The position numbers were made by a program, and so were the translations under genes. From Octopus sinensis (Eukaryota): 64,000 nucleotides of DNA. The notes under the pieces were generated by a model. It ran no database searches. It was not told where the DNA came from and saw only the letters and a list, made by a program, of their open reading frames with translations. Positions 39,099 through 50,459 of the stretch are shown piece after piece. Where the stretch lies: positions 63,736,001-63,800,000 of the forward strand of contig NC_043010.1 in assembly GCF_006345805.1 (NCBI RefSeq), given 5' to 3'. The stretch's first letter is position 1; every line of letters starts with the position of its first letter.

Positions 39099-41441
39099 AT
39101 GTATCCGGTGCAAACACCATACACAGCTGCAAGCCAAACTGCCATTTATGACCAACCCCTCTATCAGATGAACCACTTGAAAAACAATGATAAAAGCAGT
39201 CTACCTGGTAAATCATTTCAGCAACATTCTAGTTCTCCACCTGTAGAAGGTAACCCAATGGAGACCCCAGAAGCTAGCAGCACAGATTGTGCTGTGGCAC
39301 AAGAATTTGCAGCTACTGTAGCATCAGAAGATTTCTCAAATGCTTCACAAAATCAGATCCCTATCAATAACAATCAAGATAATCACATGGTCCCTCCAGC
39401 CCCTCAACAGCCTATTGAGGATTCCACTTGCATATCTCGTAATGACTCCCTGGCTTTGGATAGCAACAGTAGCCATGCATCCCACGAATCTCCTCAAGCA
39501 GCCCAACTACAGCCACAGCCACACCCTGCTTTTACATCAGTGTCCCCACAACCCACCATGATTACAACCCCTCGAACTATGCCAGCATCTACCATGATGC
39601 TGCCTGGCCACAACCAAACTATATTTGAGTGTGCTTTCTGCAAGAAAGTTTTTACAAAGCAGTTTGCACTCAGAGTTCATGAACAAGTACATCTTGGAGA
39701 GAAACCATATTCATGTAATATATGCAACAAAAGCTTTGCCCAACAGATCCATCTACGAAATCACCAGCGTGTACACACTGGAGAGAAACCATTTCAATGC
39801 ACCATATGCAATAAAGCATTCAGTCAAGCTGGCAATTTAAAGCTGCATCTCCGTATCCATTCCGGAGACAAACCATTCACCTGTGATATATGTTCTAAAG
39901 CGTTTTCGCAACGAAACAGCCTCAACGATCACAAACGCTTCCACACTGGTAATATGTTTTTTTGTAAGTTTTGCAAGAGAGCATTCTGCAACCAGTTTTT
40001 CCTTGAGAACCACGAAAGATCTCATACCGGTGAAAAACCATTCACTTGTGACTACTGTGGCAAACTGTTTGCTCAGCGAGGGAATTTCCGAACACACCTG
40101 AGGATCCACACAGGTGAAAAACCATTTATCTGCGAAGTATGTGGCAAAGCGTTCTCTCAAAGAAACAGCTTAAATGATCACAACAGATTACATACTGGCA
40201 ATTTGTTTTTCTGTCAGTATTGTAAGAAAGCTTTCTGCAATCAGTTCTTCTTGAAGATTCATGAGCGCATTCACACAGGTGAGTTATTTTACTGTACCTT
40301 CTGTAAGAAAGGCTTCTGCAATGAATTCTTTCTTCGAAACCACGAGAGGGTGCACACAGGGGACAAACCCTACGATTGTCAATTTTGTAATAAGACTTTT
40401 GCCCAAAGGGGCAACTTAAAAACACATTTAAGAATTCATACTGGAGAGAGGCCGTTCATCTGTGACATCTGTGATAAAGCTTTCTCACAACGAAACAATC
40501 TCAATGATCATAAACGGTTACACTCTGGTGATTTGTATTTCTGCAGTTTCTGCAAAAAAGCATTTTGTAATCAATTTTTTCTCAAGACTCACGAGCGGAC
40601 TCACACAGGTGAGAAACCATTTGAATGTGAATTTTGTCATGAGAAATTTTCTCAGCAAGGCAACCTGAAGACTCATCTACGTACTCATACTGGCGAAAAA
40701 CCATTTGCCTGTGGTCAGTGTGGTAAGAATTTTGCACAGAAAGCTAATCTGAATAACCACAAGTGCCCCATGGCATCAGCACTGAATAGAGAAACTGGAG
40801 GGGTTAATTCTAATATGGGCGGCAAGAATCACAGACTCGCTAATAATAATGATGACTGTGGGAATCGAAACTGTGATGGGGAGGTTTTTTCAGGTTCAAA
40901 GCAACAACCTCATATTGCTTCACCCCCAGCAACAATGATGAAGGACTCTGGACATGATAAATCTCCGATGTCATATAATTCGTCTCCCCCAGCTACTGCA
41001 CAGTCACACCAAGGAACACACCATTCCAACAAAATGCCGTCATCGTCATCACATGTACAGAAGTCCAGTATGAAGGTCACTGATCGTCTTCTGCAGCAAC
41101 ACAACCACCAACAGAGTATTGTTTCACAGCCACACGGAGACTTACCTCAAGTTCTGCCTCATGCTGTACGACCTCAGGTGTCAAACATTTCCCCAACACA
41201 TGCACCAACATCTCCCTATCTCCACAGCAGCCTGCCTCAGAGTTGGGAGAACAACAATTATGTTTGGTCCCGCGGATTCCCCATGCCACCACTACTCACC
41301 TCCACTTGGCCCAATATGGCAGGTTCATATTCATGCGGAGTAAAACAAGGCAAACAATTGCCGTGGAATAACTTACAAGCTATGCACGCTCCTTCAAAGA
41401 ACATTACAAATCAGAATCCAGAAACGAGTGGTATAAAATAG
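39099..41441 (+). CDS. C2H2 zinc-finger protein (about 780 aa) with 13 canonical fingers and a terminal CCHC-like finger, flanked by low-complexity Q/P/S-rich N- and C-terminal regions
   Basis: Uninterrupted ORF. The track starts at GTG 39087, the first ATG is at 39099 and TAG is at 41439-41441. Repeated F/Y-x-C-x2-C-x12-H-x3-H motifs with TGEKP-type linkers. An additional 5' coding exon cannot be excluded. Confidence 0.92.
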   Translation: MYPVQTPYTAASQTAIYDQPLYQMNHLKNNDKSSLPGKSFQQHSSSPPVEGNPMETPEASSTDCAVAQEFAATVASEDFSNASQNQIPINNNQDNHMVPPAPQQPIEDSTCISRNDSLALDSNSSHASHESPQAAQLQPQPHPAFTSVSPQPTMITTPRTMPASTMMLPGHNQTIFECAFCKKVFTKQFALRVHEQVHLGEKPYSCNICNKSFAQQIHLRNHQRVHTGEKPFQCTICNKAFSQAGNLKLHLRIHSGDKPFTCDICSKAFSQRNSLNDHKRFHTGNMFFCKFCKRAFCNQFFLENHERSHTGEKPFTCDYCGKLFAQRGNFRTHLRIHTGEKPFICEVCGKAFSQRNSLNDHNRLHTGNLFFCQYCKKAFCNQFFLKIHERIHTGELFYCTFCKKGFCNEFFLRNHERVHTGDKPYDCQFCNKTFAQRGNLKTHLRIHTGERPFICDICDKAFSQRNNLNDHKRLHSGDLYFCSFCKKAFCNQFFLKTHERTHTGEKPFECEFCHEKFSQQGNLKTHLRTHTGEKPFACGQCGKNFAQKANLNNHKCPMASALNRETGGVNSNMGGKNHRLANNNDDCGNRNCDGEVFSGSKQQPHIASPPATMMKDSGHDKSPMSYNSSPPATAQSHQGTHHSNKMPSSSSHVQKSSMKVTDRLLQQHNHQQSIVSQPHGDLPQVLPHAVRPQVSNISPTHAPTSPYLHSSLPQSWENNNYVWSRGFPMPPLLTSTWPNMAGSYSCGVKQGKQLPWNNLQAMHAPSKNITNQNPETSGIK

Positions 41442-42011
41442 TTGTCTAATATAATGGAAGAAACCTTTCTTCATTCATTTTTTCTTCTTTATTCAATTGG
41501 ACAGACTTCTTCATTTGTAAGAGTTTGTTTTTTGTGTGTGTGTGTCTGCTTAACTTGTATATGTCTTCTGCGTGAAATAGCCAGACCGCCAATATTACTC
41601 CCTGATGTTGTTGATTTTTTTTTTTAATGTCTCCAAATGGTATTAGAACACATGCATACCAACATTAGTACAGTTTAGTACATAATGCTTACAAGTGACC
41701 GCATCTTCAATAAAATTCTTCAGTTTCTCTTCAGATTTCTGAGACAATGTTTGTGTTGTTTGTTTTCTTTCACCATTTCTTCTTTTATAAAGTAGATCCA
41801 GTGTCTTTTACAGAGAAAATATGAAGCTTCATCCCAGCTTCTGGAACTTTCTTCTTCAGAACTACATCTATTGTAACATAATCCACTTTAACCCCCACTT
41901 GCCATCAATCCACAACCTAGACCTGCTGTCACTTCAGAACCTTTTCCTTGCTTATGTTTTATCTCTAACCATCAGCGTATTGCTTGGCTTAACACCATCT
42001 CCTGGCATCTT

Positions 42012-42240
42012 ATTTCTTTATTGCCCACAAGGGGCTAAACACAGAGGGGACAAACAAGGACAGACAAAGGGTTTTAATCGATTACATCGACCCCAGTGCG
42101 TAACTGGTACTTAATTTATCGACCCCGAAAGGATGAAAGGCAAAGTCGACCTCGGCGGAATTTGAACTCAGAACGTAACGGCAGATGAAATACGGCCACG
42201 CATTTCGCCCGGCGTGCTAACGATTCTGTCAGCTCGCCGC
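42012..42240 (-). mobile_element. tRNA-derived SINE family A, downstream of the zinc-finger CDS
   Basis: Head GGCGGCGAGCTG.CAGAA and B-box GAGTTCAAATTCC. 3-bp CTT repeat at the junctions. Confidence 0.9.
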
Positions 42241-42462
42241 CTTGGTTACCTTCAGTAGAATCTACCCTGTTGCAAGCATTTGACCCAGATCTCCAGTTTT
42301 AGGATAACTCTCTCCCATTTACCAATCTTGCAGGCTTTATATGGAATCAGAGCATGCTTTCCTCTTGACTAAAAGATAAAAGAAAACTAATTTCTCTACA
42401 GATGTGATAGTATACCAACAACGTTTCGGTATAAGGTGTTAACATAACACACAATATTGCAT

Positions 42463-42684
42463 ATTCTTTTACTCTTTTACTTGTTTCAGTCATTTGACTG
42501 CGGCCATGCTGGAGCACTGCTTTTAGTCGAGCAAATCGATCCCGGGACTTATTCTTTGTAAGCCCAGTACTTATTCTATCGGTCTCTTTTGCCGAACCGC
42601 TAAGTGACGGGGACGTAAACACACCAGCATTGGTTGTCAAGCAATGCTAGGGGGACAAACACAGACACACAAACATATACACAC

Positions 42685-42725
<41 letters not shown>

Positions 42726-42890
42726 CATATATATGACAGGCTTCTTTCAGTTTCCGTCTACCAAATCCACTCACAAGGCATTGGTCGGCCCGAGGCTATA
42801 ACAGAAGACACTTGCGTAAGATGCCACGCAGTGGGACTGAACCCGGAACCATGTGGCTGGTTAGCAAGCTACTTACCACACAGCCACTCC
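42463..42890 (-). mobile_element. SINE family B
   Basis: Full-length match to the other copies. Confidence 0.9.
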
Positions 42891-43315
42891 CAATTTTTAA
42901 ATATTTTTTGCTTTGGTGAAGAGGGTTCTGCACAAAGTCTTTGCAAGTCCTCAAAGACTGGTGAGATCGACACAATGGTCTTCAACAAGAGGATAGTTAA
43001 TGGCTGCAGGGAGGGAATTCCAGATGCCAATCATTTTTGGGAGACATGGGCCAAGTGAGGAGGACAGGCTCAATAATGGAGTTGAGTGAGCTGGGTAAGC
43101 TTCAGTGGACTCTGGATCAAAAATAATTGAGGTGAGGTTATAAGCTCTTGAGCAAACATGTTGATCTAATTAGGGAAAATGGTAACTTGTTCAACTTTAG
43201 TGAAGTTAGAACTAGTCCTGTTCCCATAATACAGAATGTGCATGTCTGTATACACACAAGCACATACACACATGTGTATATATATATATATATATAAACA
43301 CACACATATACATAT

Positions 43316-46300
43316 ATCATCATCATCATCGTTTAACGTCCGTTCTCCATGCTAGCATGGGTTGGATGGTTCGACCGGGGATCTGGGAAGCCAGAAGGCT
43401 GCACCAGGCTCCAGTCTTATCTGGCAATGTTTCTACAGCTGGATGCCCTTCCTAACGCCAACCACTCCGTGAGTGTAGTGGGTGCTTTTTACGTGCCAGG
43501 CGAGGCTGGGCACTGTCGGATTGGTGCATTTTACGTGCCACCGGCACGGAAGCCAGTCGAGGCGGCGCTGGCATCGGCCACAAGTCGGATAGTGCTTTTT
43601 ACGTACCACCAGTCCAGGGATCCTGGCTGGTTCAATTCGATTTCGATTTCGGTTGCCCCAACATGTCTTCGCAAGCAAAGGGGGTTGGCATGGGTGCCTG
43701 TCGTCGGATGAGGTTCTATATCGACTTCGCTTGCCTCAACAGGTCTTTGTGTCCAAGGGAGGAAAGGCATGCATAAGTGGGCTGGGCTCACTTGTCCTAC
43801 CTGGTCTTCTCACGTACAGCATATTTCCAAAGGTCTCGGTCGCTGGTCATTTCCTCAGTGAGGCCTAAAGTTCGAAGGTCATGCTTCACCACCTCGTCCC
43901 AGGTTTTCCTGGGTCTACCTCTTCCACGGGTTCCCATATGTATATATATATATATACATATGTATATATATACACATGTATACATATATATACACACACA
44001 TATATACATAAACACACGCATATATCATCATCATTTAATGTTCGTTGTCCATGCTGGCATAGGTTGGATGGTTTGTTTGGGACGCTGTGCCAAACTCCAG
44101 TCTGATTTAGCATGGTTTTCTACGGCTGGACACCCTTCCTAATGTTACCTACTCTGAGATTGTGACGTGTGCCTTTATGTGCCACCAGCACAGGTACTAT
44201 TTGTGTGATACCAGAGTGCTTTACATGTCACTAGCATAGGTGCCAACTTGCATGACACTGGTATCTGCCACAACGGTGATTTTGCTTGGCTTTACAGGTC
44301 TTCTCAAACACTACATAATGCCAAAGGTCTCACTTATTGCCTCTGTGAGGCCTAACACTTGAAAGGAACTCAGCCACTTTGCTTCCGTGTGGCCAACACT
44401 CGAAAGGTGTTCTTTACATGCCACCAGCACGGGTGCACTTGGCTCGATGAGTCCTTTCAAGCACAGTGCATCTCCAAAGATCTTGGTCACTCGTCATTGC
44501 CTCTCTCAGGCTCAAAGTTCACCACTTCATTTCATGTCTTTGTGGGTCTACATCTACCACAGGTTCCCTTTATCTCTAGTTCAGATAGTGATTCAGCTAT
44601 AAGAGCAAGGTCATCAGCATAGAGGATCTCCCAGGGACAGCCTTTCTTGAATTCCTCTGTCATTGCTTGGAGGACTATGATGAACAAGAGTGGATTGAGC
44701 CCTGATTCTTGGTGCACCTGTACATGCATCCTGAATTCTTTGCTGTACTTGTTGCCAACCCTCATTGGTAGCATCTCTGTACATAGCTTGTACAGCTCTC
44801 ACCAACCGCTTGTCTACCTTAGTTTTCACATTGACTTCCAGATAAGGGATCAGGGGACCCTGTCAAAGGCTTTCTCCAAGTCAACAAAGGCCAAGTACAG
44901 AAATTTATATTAGGCTATGTATTTCTCCTGTAGCTGCATCATCATCATTGTTTAACATCCGTTTTCCATGCTAGCATGGGTTGGACGGTTCGATCGGGGT
45001 CTGGGAAACCAGGAGGCTGCACCAGGCTCCAGTCTAATCTGGCAGTGTTTCTACAGCTGGATGCCCTTCCTAATGCCAACCACTCCATGAGTGTAGTGGG
45101 TGCTTTTTACGTGCCACCGGCACAGGGGACAGAGGAGGCTGGAAACGTCTATGATCAGTTGTTGCTTTTTATGTGCCACCGTCAAGGTGGCACTGGCATC
45201 GGCCATGTTCGGATGGTGCCTTTTACGTGCCACCGGCATGGGTATCACAACTACAATTTCCATTTGATTTTTATTTTGATGATGTACTTGACTCAATAGG
45301 TCTTCTCAAGCACAGCAGGTTGCCCTACGATCCAAGGTAAGCACAGCATGCCGTCCTGCGAGCCATAAACTCACTTTATTTGCCGGGTCTTTGCAGTCAC
45401 AGTATATCTCCAGAGGTCTCAGTCTTTCGTCATTGCCTCTGCTTGACCACCTCATCCCATGTCTTCCTGGGTCTACCTCTGGATTCCTTCAACTGTTTGG
45501 GAGTGGGACTTCTTCACACATCTTTCCTCATCCATCCATAGTACATGACCATACCAGTGCAAACGTCTCTCCTGCATGCCACATCCAATGCTTCTTATGT
45601 CCAACATTTCTCCTGAGGGGGTGTGTGATGAGTTCACCTTCCTACTTACTAGAATTTTGGTCTTTGCTACATTGACTCTAAGGCCTTTTGATTCTAAACC
45701 TTGCTTTCACACCTGAAATGTCTTCTCTAGTTCTGGTAGTGATTCTGCTAAGAGGGCCAGCATAGAGGAGCTCCCAGGGGCAACCTATCTTGAATTTCTC
45801 TGTTATTGCCTGGAGGACTATGATGAATAAAAGGGGACTGAGGAATGATCCTTGGTGGACGCCTACTTCTACCCAGAATTCTTCACTATACTCATTGCCA
45901 ATCCTAACCTTACTAACAGCCTCTCTGTAAAGGGCCTGTACAGCTTGAGGCTTTTCCTGGCTTCATACCTTTAATTGCTTTATCTACCAGGGAGCTGTCT
46001 ATTCAGATAGCTGGTCCCTCCACTGCCTCACTAGAAATATAGTATCAGTGGTGCCTCTCTCTGGCACAAAACCAAACTGCATCTCATCTAAGCAAATTCT
46101 TTCCCTAATTAGTTGGGCTATGACTCTCTCCATAACTTTCATCACCTGATCTAGCAATTTGATACATCTGTAATTATTTCTTTCTAAGGCATCACCTTTA
46201 CCTTTGTAGCAGTTGACCATAGTGCTGCTACACCAGTCAATAGGTATGACTCCTTTGAGAACTATTTGATTTACAATACGGGTGACTAGACCATAAACCT

Positions 46301-47110
46301 CACCGCCAGATATTTTAAGCAGCTCAGTAGTGATTCCTGATGGGCTGAGGGGCTTTCCCTGTCTTCATGTCCTTAATTGCTTTATCGATTTGGCTACCTG
46401 GCCCCTCAAATGGGTCAACATTTTGCAGACTCTCCTCCTCCCATTCATTCTCCACATTCAGAAATCTTTCAAAATGGCATTTCCGAGCCTCTTTCTTTGC
46501 AGAATCATTACATGCAAGTGGACCATCATCCATACGGACACATTTCTTTCTATGATATGATTTTCTCTCACATACTGTCTCGCAAACCAAAAGACTTCAG
46601 TTCTTTGGTCCTCAAATCGCTGAACATAGGCAAACTTCTTCTTTTCTGCTTCTCCCTATCTATCTTGGCTAGATATACTTGTCTCCCAGCATCCCTTCTG
46701 GCAATCTGATACAGTGCCCTATTACCCCCATTCTTCCAGACCTGTTTCTTAACTCTAATGGCCCTGTCTACTGCATCGTTCCTCCACCGCGTTACCTTAG
46801 GTCTGGATAGAACTTTGCATCAGCCACAGATTGGGTCTGTGGCACTCAGCAAACTGTCCCCTCAAGAATTCCCAGTTGCCCTCTTTCTCACAAGTCTTTA
46901 GCTCCTCCTCCTCCTCCCTTTCATCGAATTTCTGAATTAGGATGTTCCTAAATCTCTGATCATATGAAGGGTCCTTAATCTTCCAAATCCTTCTTTTCCA
47001 GATTGCTTTATGTCTTGGTATCATTCTGGCCTGGAGTCTAAAGTTACTATTGACTAATCTATGCTGGGTGGGAGGGGGGTAATTCTTCACCAGGGGGTGG
47101 GGGGTCTTTC
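43316..47110 (-). mobile_element. Stack of at least 3-4 RTE-X LINE fragments (3' UTRs, ORF2 C-termini and RT pieces), all on the minus strand
   Basis: GRGRPRKTWDEVVKHDLRTLGL, WEILYADDL, NYRCIKLL...QFGFVPERGTTD. (GAT)n tails at 43316, 44028 and 44938. Confidence 0.88.
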
Positions 47111-47202
47111 TGCTTAGGGGCAATCATGCATCACGCAAACATGCATATACATATATGAACACATGCACACACACATATATAAGCATATATAAATACACAA
47201 AA

Positions 47203-47431
47203 GCGGCGAGCTGGCAGACACGTTAGCGTGTCGGGTGAAATGCGTAGCTGTTTTTCGTCTGCCGTTACGTTCTGAGTTCAAATTCCGCCGAGGTCGACTT
47301 TACCTTTCATCCTTTCTGGGTCGATAAATAAAGTACCAGTTTCGCACTGGGGTCTATGTAATCGACTTAATCCCTTTGTCTGTCCTTGTTTGTCCCCTCT
47401 ATGTTTAGCCCCTTGTGGGTAGTAAAGAAAT
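47203..47431 (+). mobile_element. SINE family A with a TSD of at least 21 bp
   Basis: ACATATATAAGCATATATAAA at 47173-47193 and 47432-47452. Confidence 0.9.
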
Positions 47432-47616
47432 ACATATATAAGCATATATAAACACATATATATATATGTGTGTGTGTAGTCATTCCACAAATAATGTGGT
47501 TTTTTCAACTGCATGAACTAAAAGTTGGAGGGGGACAGGATAAACTACCAGCAGCAACTTGCTATGAAAGCAGGTAGTAATTTTACCTTGTCCTTCTTCG
47601 TAGTGCAAGCTTTTAA

Positions 47617-48149
47617 GTGCATCTCAGGTTAAAGAAGGTTTTCACCTACATAAAGGTGTTGCTACCTGTTTGGTGGGATATGAAATGTTTAGTCCACTTT
47701 CAACTTTTAAACCAAAACCAAACAATAACAAAGGAGATTTACTGTGAGCAGCTTGAGTCAGCGCAAGAAGAAAAACGACCATCTTTGGTTTCAAGGCAAA
47801 AAGTGTTCTTCCATCAGGATCATACTCGGTCACATACAATGAGGATAACATTCCAAAGGTTGGAGCTGTTTGAATGGGAAATGATGCTTCTCTCTCCATA
47901 TTCACCAGACATTGCCCCATCTGATTATCATATGAATTCTGTAGACATGGTCAGAATAGTATTGGAGGAGAATTTTTCATCGCGGATATGTGAATTTTGG
48001 AAGAGGGTCCTTGCGAGTCTGCCAGATGGATGGAAGAGCATTGTAGAAAATGGAGGAGAGTATATTTTAGATTCAAAAAGGACTTTGTTTATCTTAATTT
48101 TGAAAAACGAAAAGAAGTATAAAAAAACGCATTATTTATGAGATGACCC
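47617..48149 (+). mobile_element. Mariner 3' half, same family as 20571-21380
   Basis: VWWDMK, HQDHTRSH, YSPDIAPSDYH. Ends in GATGACCC followed by TA. Confidence 0.9.
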
Positions 48150-48560
48150 TATATATATATATATAGGCACGGACACATCTATTCACACCCGCATACTAAT
48201 CTCCTGATAACCCCAAAATCATTCATGCATAAAGGGGAAGTATACACCACATTGGCTACTTCCTCTGTTCTCTCAGTTCAGCCTTTCTGCTAATACCGAC
48301 AGGTCAGTAAAAACATATTCTCGCCTTGTACTTAAAATATTCTGAGATGTATAAAAAATCCATTTTAATTTTTGCTGTCAAAAGGCTGTATATATATACC
48401 AAAGATTGTATATATATACATGTAATGTGACAATTTGCGACAACCAATAATTAACGCAACCAATTCCCAATAATATATTTGTTTTATCCTTCTCTGCCAA
48501 ATTTTCCCAAATATTCTCATCACACTATTGAACTTCTCTGTTACCAAACACTATATTTAT

Positions 48561-48705
48561 ACATGTAATGTGACAATTATGTATAAAAAAACATTTTTGA
48601 ATTCATAATATCCAATGTGACAATTATGTAAAAACTTTTTTGAATGCATAATATTCAATGTGACAATTATGTAAAAAACTTTTTTTGAACCCATATTATT
48701 CAATG
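48561..48705. repeat. Three ~45-bp tandem units (TGTGACAATTATGTAAAAAACTTTTTTGAA..ATA.TATTCAA)
   Basis: Units start at about 48569, 48616 and 48659. Confidence 0.85.
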
Positions 48706-48799
48706 TTTCCTTAAATGTAACTTTTGACAATCTTTTACCAAAGAGTGAAACCGGTTAAGTAAATAAACATCGTTTAAATTGCATTTTCAAACCTTTTTT

Positions 48800-48830
<31 letters not shown>

Positions 48831-48836
<6 letters not shown>

Positions 48837-49120
48837 ATCATGTGACCGACCAGACCATCAGATGTTGTTACACATCGCTGGTCACAATGCATTCGCATTG
48901 TTTTAGCCTTTGAATGACGCCACCCTGCTGGCTAAGTGAGCAGGCCAACACAAGAAAGAGTGGCTAAAGAGTACAGCAGGGAACACCACCCCCTGCCGGA
49001 GCCTCATGGAGCTTTTAGGTGTTTTCGTTCAATAAACACTCACAACGCCCGGTCTAGGAATCGAAACTGCGATTCTACGACCGCGAGTCCGCTGCCCTAA
49101 CCACTTGGCCATTGCGCCTC
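48831..49120 (-). mobile_element. SINE with the family C tRNA head but a different 3' body; the same 3' body occurs alone at 29071-29181
   Basis: Head matches 57900-58030, then diverges into GGCCTGCTC.CTTAGCCAGC...CACGGTGA. Confidence 0.8.
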
Positions 49121-49291
49121 CACACACACACACAAATATATATCATCATCATCATCATCATTTAACGTCCGTTCTCCATGCTAGCATGGGTTGGACGGTT
49201 TGACCGGGGATCTGGGAAGCCAGAAGGCTGCACCAGGCTCCGGTCTTATCTGGCAAAGTTTCTACAGCTGGATGCCCTTCCTAACGCCAAT

Positions 49292-49349
<58 letters not shown>

Positions 49350-49485
49350 GTTTTATTTATTATTACTTAATCATTGTTATATGTTTTACCTTATATTTAA
49401 TCTTTCTATAAGATGTAATTTTTATAAATGGTATAATTTAATTTTTCATTATTGAATTGATAAAAAGTGTTTTTTTTCTAATTTT

Positions 49486-49518
<33 letters not shown>

Positions 49519-49816
49519 CATCACCAACATCATCGCTTAACATCCACCTCCCTTGCTGGCATGGGTAGGATGGTTTGACAGGGGTTGGCCAGGCAGAAGC
49601 CTGTACCAGACTTCTGTAACTGTTTTGGCAGGATTTTTATAGCTGGATACCCTTCCTATCACCAACCACTCAGCAGATTAGATTTAGTGCTTTTGACATG
49701 GCACAAGCATAGGTCAGTTTTGGCAAGGTTTTTACAGCTGGATGCTGTTCCAAATGTCAACCACTTTACAGTGCATCAGTGTATATGTGTATACACATAT
49801 GTATGTACACACATGC

Positions 49817-49895
<79 letters not shown>

Positions 49896-50241
49896 CATAC
49901 ATACATATACACATACATATATGCAATGCATACATATGTGTACACATATGTACACTGATGTGCACACATGTGCATAAATGAACAAAAGGAATGCAGCTCT
50001 GATAATGGACAGAGTTGACAACTATTGAAAAGGTTGCAAGACAGAAGGAAAATTTTTTAAAAGATAATTAACTGAGTGGAAATTGAACTGGTGAGTGTGT
50101 TAAATAATGAGGCACTAAAAGAGAATGACTCTCCCCACAGACACAACAATATAAATATATACTTGGAAGTGGATGCATTGCATTCAATTAATTAATAAAT
50201 AATAAATTATATAATATATATATATATAGATAGATATACAC

Positions 50242-50459
50242 ATACATGCATATATGGGTACAGGATGTCACCAATGGTGCAAATAACATGAAATATATAA
50301 ACAAATGAGGGAAAAACAAGTAGAATATGTAAACAACGAGAAAAACAGGGTAAGTTAACACAGAGAAAGGACCCTTCATCAGCTGTCTATCTACTCCTCA
50401 TTTCGAGCATTCAACAACATGCATCATTGGTGACGTCCTGTACCCATTTATGCATGTAT
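50242..50459. repeat. 40-bp inverted repeats enclosing 138 bp, set in TA-rich flanks
   Basis: Arms 50242-50281 and 50420-50459, 37/40 complementary. Confidence 0.85.

Noticed and set aside
42012-42243. SINE removed as a minus-strand GC-AG intron (AAG|GCGGCG...AATAAG|)
   Set aside because: The donor lacks the strong consensus GC donors need, there is no pyrimidine tract, and it is antisense to the gene.
48716-48760. TTGACAA...AAAGAGT-GAAA-CCGGTT-AAGT hammerhead-like relic
   Set aside because: The core differs from CUGANGA at two invariant positions, so chance cannot be excluded.
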